Program-made: the position numbers and the translations under genes
Notes under the pieces: generated by a model
Database searches by the model: none
What the model saw: the letters and a program-made list of their open reading frames with translations, nothing else
Told to the model about the DNA's origin: nothing
Source of the DNA: Methanomicrobia archaeon
GTDB taxonomy: Archaea > Methanobacteriota_B > Thermococci > Methanofastidiosales > NM3
Assembly (NCBI GenBank): GCA_030603445.1
Contig: JAUVXU010000001.1
Span: 43,924-107,923, forward strand
Reading direction: 5' to 3'
DNA: 64,000 nt
Shown here: positions 29,029 to 38,161 of the stretch, in pieces
How the letters are laid out: every line of letters begins with the position of its first letter
How positions within the stretch are numbered: the stretch's first letter is position 1

Positions 29029-30396
29029 CTACTTAGTTGGGAGTAGTTCATTATTTACTATTTCTTTTATTTTTTTAAGATACTTCTTATATTCGTAATG
29101 TAACGTTTGTGATTTAAAATCAAAGTAAGGCTCTTCAAGTGAGATGCTTTGCTCAAAATAATACCGCATACGGGGAGCACGAGATTTCCTGCTTTCGTGG
29201 TATGAGATGGACCATACGTTGTATCGTATCTTTGAGTTAATAAAAGGGGTGTTTAGCAGTCCCATTATTCTTTCTTTATATAGGGGATGGCATCTTATGT
29301 GTACACACCAGTGATATTTACCGTAATCATTTTCATTTAGAGATTTGACGAAGGCGCCAGCTTTTAATGTGCGGGCGCATGCACCAACACTTGCGGCAAT
29401 CTTTTTCGTGTCATCGTAGTTTTTTCCTGTGAGCATTAGGAAGAAATGGGAGCATTTGTCCTTTGGCATTGGATAAACTGTGTAGAATTTGCGTACTATT
29501 CCTGCGTTTTTTAGTTTCTCATAAGAATATCGCCATGCATTATATCCAAATATGTAAGGGTTATTCCCTTCCTTGTCTATTATTTGTGCATCGTGCTTCA
29601 TTAGTCTAGATAAGTCTCCATTATAATATCCTGATTGTAGGTACATTATAAGGCGCGTATCTAGCAGCGATAGACGCAGGCGTTTTTCTTTAGTTGCCTC
29701 GAAAGCGGGTTTGAATGTTTTGTCAAAGTTTATTTTATCGACAACTAATGGCGTCTCACAAATGTTGTTAGGATTTTTCGTAAGATGGTATGGATTGTAT
29801 ATATCCAGTAATCCTTCTAGTTCAAATGCGGTGTAATAAAACAAGACCCCTTCGTCTTTTAGATAGTCCATAATTCGAATTATGGCTTTGGAGTCTGTGT
29901 TGTATACGGATACTAGCATCTCGTTGAATACGCCCTCTTCCAAAGGATAGAAGAAGCTCCAGCTATCAATAGTCTGCAGCAGCGAGATTAGGTAGTCATA
30001 AGTGTACTTCTTTGGGAACATTATGAAAAAGATTAACCTATTAACAGGATTCGTTGAGATCTTCGAAAGATCTATCCAATAGTTCGCTCCGGAAAGATAA
30101 CCTCTCTTCTTTAGTATGGTATTTTTCACGGTTGATATATAGTTGTAGTATTTAAATCCCACAAGTTTGGCTATTTCCCTGTCAGTTAGATCCGGCTGAT
30201 GTCCTAAGATATCTAGAATAGCCATTTGTGAATGGCTTAGCCTTTCATCTTTTTCTAACATTGTTATAGAATTTTCTAGAGATATCATATATATAATGCG
30301 CTCCCTTGTGGTATAGATGGAGGTGATAAGTTGCGTGGATTTCCGCCAGGTTTTGGGCCAGGATTTACTGCACCATGCATTGATGGAGACCCCCAC
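29029..30396 (-). CDS. Hypothetical 420–455-aa protein with an N-terminal winged-helix (MarR/wHTH-like) domain; last gene of the RPA operon
   Basis: A wHTH is present (LSHSQMAILDILGHQPDLTDREIAKLVGF). The remaining ~350 aa are Tyr/Lys-rich with no recognisable family. The alternative start MISLENS… is at 30288. Confidence 0.5.
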   Translation of the reverse strand: MGVSINAWCSKSWPKTWRKSTQLITSIYTTRERIIYMISLENSITMLEKDERLSHSQMAILDILGHQPDLTDREIAKLVGFKYYNYISTVKNTILKKRGYLSGANYWIDLSKISTNPVNRLIFFIMFPKKYTYDYLISLLQTIDSWSFFYPLEEGVFNEMLVSVYNTDSKAIIRIMDYLKDEGVLFYYTAFELEGLLDIYNPYHLTKNPNNICETPLVVDKINFDKTFKPAFEATKEKRLRLSLLDTRLIMYLQSGYYNGDLSRLMKHDAQIIDKEGNNPYIFGYNAWRYSYEKLKNAGIVRKFYTVYPMPKDKCSHFFLMLTGKNYDDTKKIAASVGACARTLKAGAFVKSLNENDYGKYHWCVHIRCHPLYKERIMGLLNTPFINSKIRYNVWSISYHESRKSRAPRMRYYFEQSISLEEPYFDFKSQTLHYEYKKYLKKIKEIVNNELLPTK

Positions 30397-31181
30397 TAGG
30401 CTAACATATAGTGGCCTATGGCTGGTTCAAATATATCTCCAAGTGATAACAGTGATTTAAGTGCTTCCTCAATTTCTGCAGTAGTGAACTTAGAATCTAG
30501 TTCGGCTATAAGTACATCTAGCTCAACGCCTTTCTCATCGCTTTGGAGACTCACTATTTTTTCTAATATTTGTTTTTTTACTATTTCAAGATTTTGTACA
30601 TTAACAGATTCGTCCCTTTCTTTTTCAAGGAGATAATCAAGTTCGTCAATCCCCTCTAATATCTCCGGGGCTATGTTTTCTTTACTTGCAAGTTCTAGGG
30701 CTTTTCTCATCGCTCCGGTAGTCTCCATCAACTCACGTGCACGAAAAGCTGTTTTCTTGAAATGCAGCACACGTGCTACTGTTTCAGCACGCGCCAAAAG
30801 AAGGAATTCCGGTGATACAGAAGTTACTGCTTCTATAGTGAGCTGCTTGTTGTCCTGCCATTCCCTAGGTTTTGCAATTAGTTGAACGAGCATGCCTCGC
30901 TCTAAAGGTTTTATAAGCTGGGCGCGCTCCCTAAACGCAGATCCCCACATCGTGGCAGTAGTATCATCAAGCAGTATTCTTGCATAAGAGTCGTCGTCAC
31001 TAAAATATGGCCCAGAAACTATTGTTGCAACGATTTTGGCACGGTGGATTTTTTCCCCATTTTTAGTAAGAATATAGTTTGGGTCAAAATCTCCCTCTTT
31101 TTCTACATAGTAGCCTGTTTGTAATTCTGATAGGTATACTCGTTTTGCTGGAAGTCGTTTCTTCATATACGTTCCTCCCAT
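30396..31181 (-). CDS. RPA32-like protein (OB-fold plus C-terminal winged helix)
   Basis: The OB core is RAKIVATIVSGPYF…ARILLDDTTATMWGSAF. A C-terminal acidic/helical wH-like region (…AEIEEALKSLLSLGDIFEP) follows. It overlaps the upstream gene by 19 nt. Confidence 0.6.
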   Translation of the reverse strand: MGGTYMKKRLPAKRVYLSELQTGYYVEKEGDFDPNYILTKNGEKIHRAKIVATIVSGPYFSDDDSYARILLDDTTATMWGSAFRERAQLIKPLERGMLVQLIAKPREWQDNKQLTIEAVTSVSPEFLLLARAETVARVLHFKKTAFRARELMETTGAMRKALELASKENIAPEILEGIDELDYLLEKERDESVNVQNLEIVKKQILEKIVSLQSDEKGVELDVLIAELDSKFTTAEIEEALKSLLSLGDIFEPAIGHYMLA

Positions 31182-31537
31182 TTTTTGATCTTGTGGTATA
31201 TATCCATATCCACAGAGGAGAAGTCTTGAATAACTTCTGCGTTTATGCCTTTTCCCATCTCAAAGGGCTTTCCGATGACCCGTATGACAGTTCCTATTTC
31301 ATAGAGTTTGTCTCCAAATATTGTTATTTGCCCTGTGCCATCGTCTATAATCATGGTGTAATCATTCGGGTTAGACCTAATTACAGTACCTATAACGGTA
31401 ACATAATCGTCTTCCTCTTCTATCTCCACTATTTCTTTTTCAACAGCAGGATTTCTACTCACCGTAATCACACTCCAGAATAGATAGGACGTTTTGTGTC
31501 TCTTTGTTAAATTCCAGGGGCCTAATATCCTGAACAT
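31163..31537 (-). CDS. Small OB-fold protein (RPA14-like or RPA-associated protein, COG3390-like)
   Basis: 124 aa; VTVIGTVIRSNPNDYTMIIDDGTGQITIFG is a classic OB-fold ssDNA-binding core. It overlaps the upstream RPA gene. Confidence 0.5.
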   Translation of the reverse strand: MFRILGPWNLTKRHKTSYLFWSVITVSRNPAVEKEIVEIEEEDDYVTVIGTVIRSNPNDYTMIIDDGTGQITIFGDKLYEIGTVIRVIGKPFEMGKGINAEVIQDFSSVDMDIYHKIKKWEERI

Positions 31538-32498
31538 TGATATTTATCCCAGTATACTCATTTTCTGAGATAGACCCTATAAGCACTATCTCCTTTCCAA
31601 GAATATCTGGTTTTTTCTCTAGGATGTACTCAAGGCCAGCGCTCTTTCCTGTGTATCCTGCATCAAGGTAGCCTTGTAGATCACGTGCTATGTTATCTGG
31701 GGACTCTCCGAGGAGTTCTGATGCGCTGTCGCTAAACAAGACGGCCCGGATGTGGTTTGTTCCATCATCTATTCCTATCTCAACTACCATGGCTTTCTTC
31801 GGAACAATGCGTATCTTGCAGTTATCACAAAAGAAGGAATCTTTTGATTTAATGGCCCGTTTATGACATGTAGGACAAGCATCATAGATAAGAAGACGGT
31901 ATATATTGGATATAGTCGCCCTTATCTCTATCGAATGTTCTCCTGGGGATATGTCTATTAGTTTTTTTCTCACTACATTTTGAGGGGATTTGTATGTAAG
32001 TTCTGGGAAATTGCTTTCATCCTCTACTATGATCCTGCCTTTGTAACCGAGGCGTAGTTGTGGGCCTGACGGCCCTTTTACAGATATGCAATTTATTAGG
32101 CGTATCACATTGCCATCATGAATTTTATTATATATGTCTAATTCTCTGTCCCATAAAGTCAAATATATCTTTCCTGTTGGGTCTCCAAGAAGGAATGATT
32201 GAAGCTGTTTTTTCTTCTTGTCTTCCTTGATGAATTCTTTTTTATCGAAAACTCGTAGCACACGAGTAATTAAATGTAGATTCATAAGCCCATCGGTTAT
32301 TTTATCGATTGTGAGCTCTGGCGATTCAACTGTTTCTGTTATGCCATGTTCTGCAGCAATTAGGGAGATTATTCCCTCATCAGTTATGTGGGACCCAATA
32401 GACTCCTTTTTTTCATTTATCATACGTTCTATGGCGTCTTCTCCGAATCCTTTTTCTTTAAGTAATACGACGAGTTCATCTATTCCCATCTTTTTCAC
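31455..32498 (-). CDS. rpa: Replication protein A, short form (N-terminal domain, one OB-fold, C4 zinc finger)
   Basis: The N-terminus (EGIISLIAAEHGI) resembles that of the second RPA at 38162. The OB fold is LTLWDRE…, and there is a Zn finger CPTCHKR…CDNCK. Confidence 0.7.
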   Translation of the reverse strand: MKKMGIDELVVLLKEKGFGEDAIERMINEKKESIGSHITDEGIISLIAAEHGITETVESPELTIDKITDGLMNLHLITRVLRVFDKKEFIKEDKKKKQLQSFLLGDPTGKIYLTLWDRELDIYNKIHDGNVIRLINCISVKGPSGPQLRLGYKGRIIVEDESNFPELTYKSPQNVVRKKLIDISPGEHSIEIRATISNIYRLLIYDACPTCHKRAIKSKDSFFCDNCKIRIVPKKAMVVEIGIDDGTNHIRAVLFSDSASELLGESPDNIARDLQGYLDAGYTGKSAGLEYILEKKPDILGKEIVLIGSISENEYTGININVQDIRPLEFNKETQNVLSILECDYGE

Positions 32499-32590
32499 CT
32501 TAACACGTTATATCAATGATATTTTAGATGCTTTTTCCCTTATATAAATATATAGCAAATCTTTAAATGTAACAATGCAAAAAATATAGT

Positions 32591-33871
32591 GTGAATTGTT
32601 ATTTAATTCGTTATGCGGAGATTGGAATAAAATCCTCCCAGATACGAAATAAGTGGTTACACCAATTAAGGCAGAATATAGAAAGATGCCTTTTTTGGAA
32701 CGCCGTATCATTTGGCCGCGTTGTTATAGTTCAAGGTAGGCTTATAGTATATTCTAATGACAAAAAGGCGGCCGACGCTATGCACCATGTTATGGGGATA
32801 TCCTCAATATCTCCTGCCACAGAAATTGATTTGGATATGGGGGAGCTAAAAAACGTTGCATTAAGGATTTATCACGAAAGGAATCCAAAGACATTTAGAA
32901 TATCCACTCAGCGCGTTACAAAAGATTACCAACTTACCTCCCAAGAGATCAATGAACAGATCGGCGAGGCCGTTTATGAGGCCGGCGGGACAGTAAGCCT
33001 AACAAAGCATGAGCTTAACATATCTTTTGAAATTATCAATGACAAAGCATACGTCTTTACCGAAGTCAACAGAGGAGTCGGTGGCCTTCCACTCGGTGTG
33101 CAAAATGTTGGCTGTGCTGTCGTAAAAACACTTCGCGATTTAGTGGCCTGTTGGTTATTTATGAGGCGGGGATGCCCTGTTGAGGTCGTAGCATATAACA
33201 CTAATCACACGAGCATTTACATTGACATATTGCAGTCATTTGCCTGTAGCGGCCTGAGAATACAACTTATCAATAGCACAGATGATCTAAAGGAAGTTCT
33301 GCCTTCGTATCTTAAGCGTGATATCGAGGTAGTTGTCAGTGGCACACAAATCGATGCCCCGGAAGGCATGGTAAACTTATGCCCATGTGAACTTTTCACT
33401 ACCATTCAGTTAAATGACACGCTTCGTATGGCCGGAATAGTTCTTCCACACCCTATCGAAAATCATATGCTCTCTGCAGGAGGGATCGTCTACAAAGACA
33501 ATAAAATTTTTCTTTTTAGGCGAAAGGATGAAAGGACATGGCTGCTCCCAAAAGGTGGGGCGGATAACAAGGAGCATCTTAGAGAGGCGGCATTGCGTGA
33601 AATATGTGAGGAAACTGGTCTGTGCAATGTAGATATTGGTGATATGGTTGGAAAGGCGCAGTACTCATTTGTTAGGGAAGGCATAAAATACACCAAAGAT
33701 GTTTACTATTATCTGTGCACTACTTGCGACGAGCTAGTTACTTTAGAACCACTCTTTGACGATCATGCTTTCTTAAGTCCGAATGATGCGGAAAAACGTG
33801 CCACATTCGTGAACGACAAAAGAATGATAAGGTGTTCGCAACGGCTCCGCGACGCACGCAGACGTTCATAA
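32591..33871 (+). CDS. ThiI-like ferredoxin/THUMP protein with a degenerate PP-loop domain fused to a C-terminal Nudix hydrolase
   Basis: The N-terminus (CYLIRYAEIGIKS…) is THUMP/ThiI-like. The segment GCAVVKTLRDLVACWLFMRRGCPVEVV aligns to the ThiI PP-loop region, but SGGxDS is replaced by KTLRDL. The C-terminus has a Nudix box GGADNKEHLREAALREICEETGL. Confidence 0.7.
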   Translation: MNCYLIRYAEIGIKSSQIRNKWLHQLRQNIERCLFWNAVSFGRVVIVQGRLIVYSNDKKAADAMHHVMGISSISPATEIDLDMGELKNVALRIYHERNPKTFRISTQRVTKDYQLTSQEINEQIGEAVYEAGGTVSLTKHELNISFEIINDKAYVFTEVNRGVGGLPLGVQNVGCAVVKTLRDLVACWLFMRRGCPVEVVAYNTNHTSIYIDILQSFACSGLRIQLINSTDDLKEVLPSYLKRDIEVVVSGTQIDAPEGMVNLCPCELFTTIQLNDTLRMAGIVLPHPIENHMLSAGGIVYKDNKIFLFRRKDERTWLLPKGGADNKEHLREAALREICEETGLCNVDIGDMVGKAQYSFVREGIKYTKDVYYYLCTTCDELVTLEPLFDDHAFLSPNDAEKRATFVNDKRMIRCSQRLRDARRRS

Positions 33872-34202
33872 TGCATGCACAATGAGAAAAGCTTTTTAAA
33901 CAAACGGAAATTATCTTCTTTATTAGCGTGATTTATATGAAAAAAGAAAAGTGGAAAGAAATCATTGAGCAGCTAGAAAATGGAGAGATAAGCGAAGAGA
34001 GTGCACACGAGGAGATAATGCGAAATTACGGCATACCCGATCAGGAGCGCATACGCCAGTGCAATTAGGGAATTCTTTCACTCTTTTTTATTATAGATTT
34101 TTTTGATTAACCTACTTCTTTCAGTTAGGTTTGCATGCTTTGATTTTCAGGGTGGTTTTTGACAGCAATCTTTTAATATATAGGTATTAACATTTAAGTA
34201 TT

Positions 34203-35594
34203 ATGAAACGCCAATCTAATGCTATTGTTGCATCTTTTTTTATCCTTGCTATTATTGGATTATCAGTATTCTCTGGTTGTATAAATGGCGATATAAACAT
34301 CACGTCCGAGCCAAAAGTTGTGGATTCGGATGGCGACGGCATTCAGGATGTCTACGATAAGTGCCCATTTATCTATGGCCCCATATCAAACGATGGTTGT
34401 CCTGTTGAGGACTTGGATACCCCAGACTTGGATACCCCACCTCCAACTACCACAGTTGCACCCACCACACAGCCACCAACGACCACTTCTCCCCCAACAT
34501 CGCCACCGGCATCAACCCTTCCACCAACAACAGCTCCTCCAACACCCCTCCCTTCCCTAAAAAATTCTGATTGGCCGATGAGGGGATATGATATTGAAGC
34601 TACGGGATACACTCAAAGTTCTGGCATAGTAGTTCAGGCAACACAATGGACTTATCCTCTACTAAACTATGTTTCCTCCGTTCCTTCAGTAGGGTATGGG
34701 AACGTGTATGTGGGGGACGTGGACGGGAATTTTTACTGCATGGACCAGACAACCGGGGGGCTTAAGTGGACATACAAGGCGCGAGATCAGATTATTTCCA
34801 CACCAGCACTTTACAAGGGAAAAGTGTACTTTGGTTCTTACGATAGATATGTTTATTGTTTGGATGCCGTTACTGGCGATCTTGTCTGGAAATACAGGAC
34901 GGGGGATGCTGTGTATTCCTCTGCATTCGTGTACAGGGATAAGGCATATATAGGGTCATGGGACGGAAAGATGTATTGCTTTGATGCAGGTACGGGCGAA
35001 GTTATATGGGATTTTGACACAGGTGCCCTTATACTATCCTCACCTTCCTATTCCAATGGCAGCGTTGTGTTTGGAAACGATAATGGAAATATGTACTGCC
35101 TTAATTATCTTGACGGATCCCTTATATGGGCAACGAATATACCCCATTGCACGATATATGCTACCCCCGCCATTTATGAAGAAAGGATATTTATCACAAT
35201 GTCATCGCGCGACGTTATTTGTCTGGATGAAAAAACAGGAAATCAATTGTGGACATATACTACAAAAGATATCATTCATACCTCTGTGGCAGTTCATGAC
35301 GGCATGGTCTATGCAACATCATTCGATTCTTTTATATACTGTCTAGATGCTTATTCTGGCACACTGTTGTGGCTGCATAAGACATCAGATACCGCTTCCA
35401 CCCCAACAATTTCCAATGGGGTTGTGTATTTGTTGGAAAGTGACGGTCTTGTTTGCTTGAATGCAACAACAGGGATGGCGGAGTCCAGGTATCCTGCGTC
35501 CGGATTCAAGGGGTTATCAGCGATACTAGCAGATTCCCTTCTTTACTTCACTTCGGGAAATACGTTGTACTGCCTTGGGTATATCACAAATTAG
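34203..35594 (+). CDS. Secreted PQQ-repeat beta-propeller protein with a Thr/Pro-rich linker
   Basis: It has a signal peptide and a TTTVAPTTQPPTTTSPPTSPP linker. Repeated G-x-V/LYxGSxDGxxYCLDAxTGxxxW blades (eight or more) are present. Confidence 0.8.
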   Translation: MKRQSNAIVASFFILAIIGLSVFSGCINGDINITSEPKVVDSDGDGIQDVYDKCPFIYGPISNDGCPVEDLDTPDLDTPPPTTTVAPTTQPPTTTSPPTSPPASTLPPTTAPPTPLPSLKNSDWPMRGYDIEATGYTQSSGIVVQATQWTYPLLNYVSSVPSVGYGNVYVGDVDGNFYCMDQTTGGLKWTYKARDQIISTPALYKGKVYFGSYDRYVYCLDAVTGDLVWKYRTGDAVYSSAFVYRDKAYIGSWDGKMYCFDAGTGEVIWDFDTGALILSSPSYSNGSVVFGNDNGNMYCLNYLDGSLIWATNIPHCTIYATPAIYEERIFITMSSRDVICLDEKTGNQLWTYTTKDIIHTSVAVHDGMVYATSFDSFIYCLDAYSGTLLWLHKTSDTASTPTISNGVVYLLESDGLVCLNATTGMAESRYPASGFKGLSAILADSLLYFTSGNTLYCLGYITN

Positions 35595-35803
35595 GTATAT
35601 TTTTGCGTCATGTTTTCAGTGACCCATATTTTAATAGTCTTATTTATGTATGTGATTTGATTATAGAATTATCCATTCAGTCATCCTCTTTATTGAAAAG
35701 AATATTAATCATAATTCTCTATATATTAACATATTTAAAGTCTATTTTTGTATCAAGTTTCTAAAGACAAAAGTGTTTAATACACTATAGTCTTAGTGGA
35801 TGC

Positions 35804-36280
35804 ATGGAGTCGGTAATCGTATCTATTGAAAAGGAAGCCGGTGTGGAGTGTATCATCGGCCAGGGGAATTTTTCAATATTCACTGTGGATAATTTAGCAA
35901 CAACCCTAAAGACGTCTGTTCCATCCATTTCATTTGGGCTCTCGATGAACGAGGCTAAACCCAAGCTGGTGCGCGTGGAAGGAAATGATAAAGTGCTCAA
36001 GGCAGCAAGCGCCAAGGCTTGCCTGGAAATTGGTGCCGGACACGTATTTGTCATAATGATGAAGGGGACATTTCCAATAAACGTTCTAAATGCCATTAAA
36101 GCGCATCCTGCAGTATGTACAATTTACGGTGCATCGGAAAATCCATTGGAAGTTGTAGTTGGGATAACTGAGTTAGGGAGATGCGTACTAGGCATCGTTG
36201 ATGGCTTTGCTGCCACTTCTATCGAGAGCGAGAAACAAAAGAAGGAACGAAAGGATTTGCTGGCAATGATTGGTTATTAA
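35804..36280 (+). CDS. Small conserved archaeal protein, possibly adenosine-specific-kinase-like (COG1839 / PF04008)
   Basis: 158 aa. The family call is a weak recollection based on size and the HVFVIMMKGTFPINVLNAIK region. Confidence 0.3.
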   Translation: MESVIVSIEKEAGVECIIGQGNFSIFTVDNLATTLKTSVPSISFGLSMNEAKPKLVRVEGNDKVLKAASAKACLEIGAGHVFVIMMKGTFPINVLNAIKAHPAVCTIYGASENPLEVVVGITELGRCVLGIVDGFAATSIESEKQKKERKDLLAMIGY

Positions 36281-36360
36281 TAAATATTGTTCACATTCCT
36301 CAAGGAAAGCTTTATCAAAAGGTTTATATTTTTTTGAAAATAACATTTTAAGGTGTTTTA

Positions 36361-38157
36361 ATGAAGTTACTTATGATGGGCAACGAGGCCATTGGACGCG
36401 GTGCAATAGAAGCTGGCGCAAGCGTTGTTTGTGCCTATCCAGGAACACCCTCTTCGGAGATACCTGCGTATGTGGCGCATCATGCTCACAATCACGGGAT
36501 GTATGTTGAGTATTCCACCAACGAGAAGGTAGCACTTGAGGTAGCTATAGGTACTAGCTGGTCTGGGTTGAGGGCGATGGTGACCATGAAGCATGTAGGT
36601 GTGAACGTAGCTTCTGATGCACTTTTGTCTTTGACGTATACAGGCGTTGAAGGCGGTCTTGTTCTGGTGTCAGCTGACGATCCTACCTGTCACTCATCAC
36701 AAAACGAGCAGGACAGCCGATATTATGCATTGTTGGCAAACATCCCTGCTATGGAACCATCATCACCACAGGAAGCATTGGAGATGACCAAGGTTGCGTT
36801 TGATATATCAGAGGATATAGGGCTCCCAATAATGATGCGCCCAACAACTCGTTTGTGTCATTGCAGGGCGGATGTTGCCATAGGTGTGATACGTGAGAAG
36901 AACGATGGACCAGATTTCAAGAGGGATATTAGTCACAAGGTAACGATACCCTCACACGCACGCCTCTTACATCCCGAACTTCTAGAAAAGATAGAGAAGA
37001 CGAGGGAACTATTTGAAAATAGTCAGTTCAATTGGATCGAAGGAAAAGGAAAGCTTGGCGTCATAGGTTCTGGCATTGCATACACCTACGTTGTCGAGGC
37101 TGCTGCTTTACTCAAAGCTGAAGTGTCAATTCTAAAACTTGGAACTCTGCACCCCCTTCCTAAAGGTGTATTACTTGACTTCTTACGCGACAAGGACATA
37201 GTCGTAGTTGTAGAGGAGATGGAACCAATAGTTGAGCAATATGTGAAAGAGATTGCTTACGACAATGGGTTAACATTAAAAATAAGAGGAAAAGACGTTA
37301 TACCAAAGGTAGGAGAACTGAATACCAAAATTGTCCGAAATGGACTTTCTGAAGCATTTTCGTACGCATATGAAGAAACTATGGCATGTGGAGTACCAGA
37401 AAATACCTTATTACCACCACGCCCGCCCACACTGTGTCCAGGATGCCCCCACAGGGCCACGTTTTACTGTATCAACAAGATGGCAAAAAAGTCTATAAAG
37501 ACCAGCGATATAGGGTGTTATACTCTAGGTGTAGTCCCGCCATTATCTGCTGTTGACACGACATTATGTATGGGAGCAAGCATAGGTATCGCTTGTGGTC
37601 TTTCCGCTGCAGGAAATGAAAAGATAATAGCCACGATAGGCGACTCTACATTTTTCCATACGGGAATGCCAGGATTAGTGAATGCAGTATATAATAATCA
37701 TAATATACTAATGGTCATCCTTGATAACAGGACAACTGCCATGACAGGCCATCAACCCCATCCAGGAACAGGCAAAACTGCCATGGGTGAGCGCGTGCCA
37801 ATAATAGATATAAGGAAGATATGCGAAGCGGTCGGTGCATATACCCAAGAGGTAGACCCGTTCGACCTCAAAGACACCATAGAATGCATGAAGCGCGCAT
37901 TTGAGCATGAAGGCGCATCTGTGATAATTTCGAAGCGTCCATGTACTTTGCTATTAGGCCCTATCGAACGAGAGGCAGAGAATTTTGAGGTGGACAAAGA
38001 TACGTGCAATGGATGCAAACTATGCATAAAACAGCTTGGCTGTCCTGCGCTTTTGTTTGAAGAAGAGAGTAAAAAGGCGGAGATAGACAATCTATTGTGC
38101 ACGAACTGTGGCGTTTGTGCACAAGTGTGTCCGTTCGATGCTATAAGGAGTAAGTGA
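36361..38157 (+). CDS. iorA: Indolepyruvate:ferredoxin oxidoreductase alpha subunit (TPP-dependent, with a C-terminal 2×[4Fe-4S] domain)
   Basis: 598 aa with a TPP-binding region (GDSTFFHTGMPGLVNAVYNN) and C-terminal CNGCKLCIKQLGCPA / CTNCGVCAQVCP ferredoxin motifs. No iorB is adjacent. Confidence 0.85.
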   Translation: MKLLMMGNEAIGRGAIEAGASVVCAYPGTPSSEIPAYVAHHAHNHGMYVEYSTNEKVALEVAIGTSWSGLRAMVTMKHVGVNVASDALLSLTYTGVEGGLVLVSADDPTCHSSQNEQDSRYYALLANIPAMEPSSPQEALEMTKVAFDISEDIGLPIMMRPTTRLCHCRADVAIGVIREKNDGPDFKRDISHKVTIPSHARLLHPELLEKIEKTRELFENSQFNWIEGKGKLGVIGSGIAYTYVVEAAALLKAEVSILKLGTLHPLPKGVLLDFLRDKDIVVVVEEMEPIVEQYVKEIAYDNGLTLKIRGKDVIPKVGELNTKIVRNGLSEAFSYAYEETMACGVPENTLLPPRPPTLCPGCPHRATFYCINKMAKKSIKTSDIGCYTLGVVPPLSAVDTTLCMGASIGIACGLSAAGNEKIIATIGDSTFFHTGMPGLVNAVYNNHNILMVILDNRTTAMTGHQPHPGTGKTAMGERVPIIDIRKICEAVGAYTQEVDPFDLKDTIECMKRAFEHEGASVIISKRPCTLLLGPIEREAENFEVDKDTCNGCKLCIKQLGCPALLFEEESKKAEIDNLLCTNCGVCAQVCPFDAIRSK

Positions 38158-38161
38158 TATT

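Noticed and set aside
34318-34612. ORFs on both strands in the Thr/Pro-rich region, and possible DNA tandem repeat
   Set aside because: The repetitiveness is the coding low-complexity linker of the PQQ-propeller protein (ACCn/CCAn codon runs). It is not an independent repeat element or gene.
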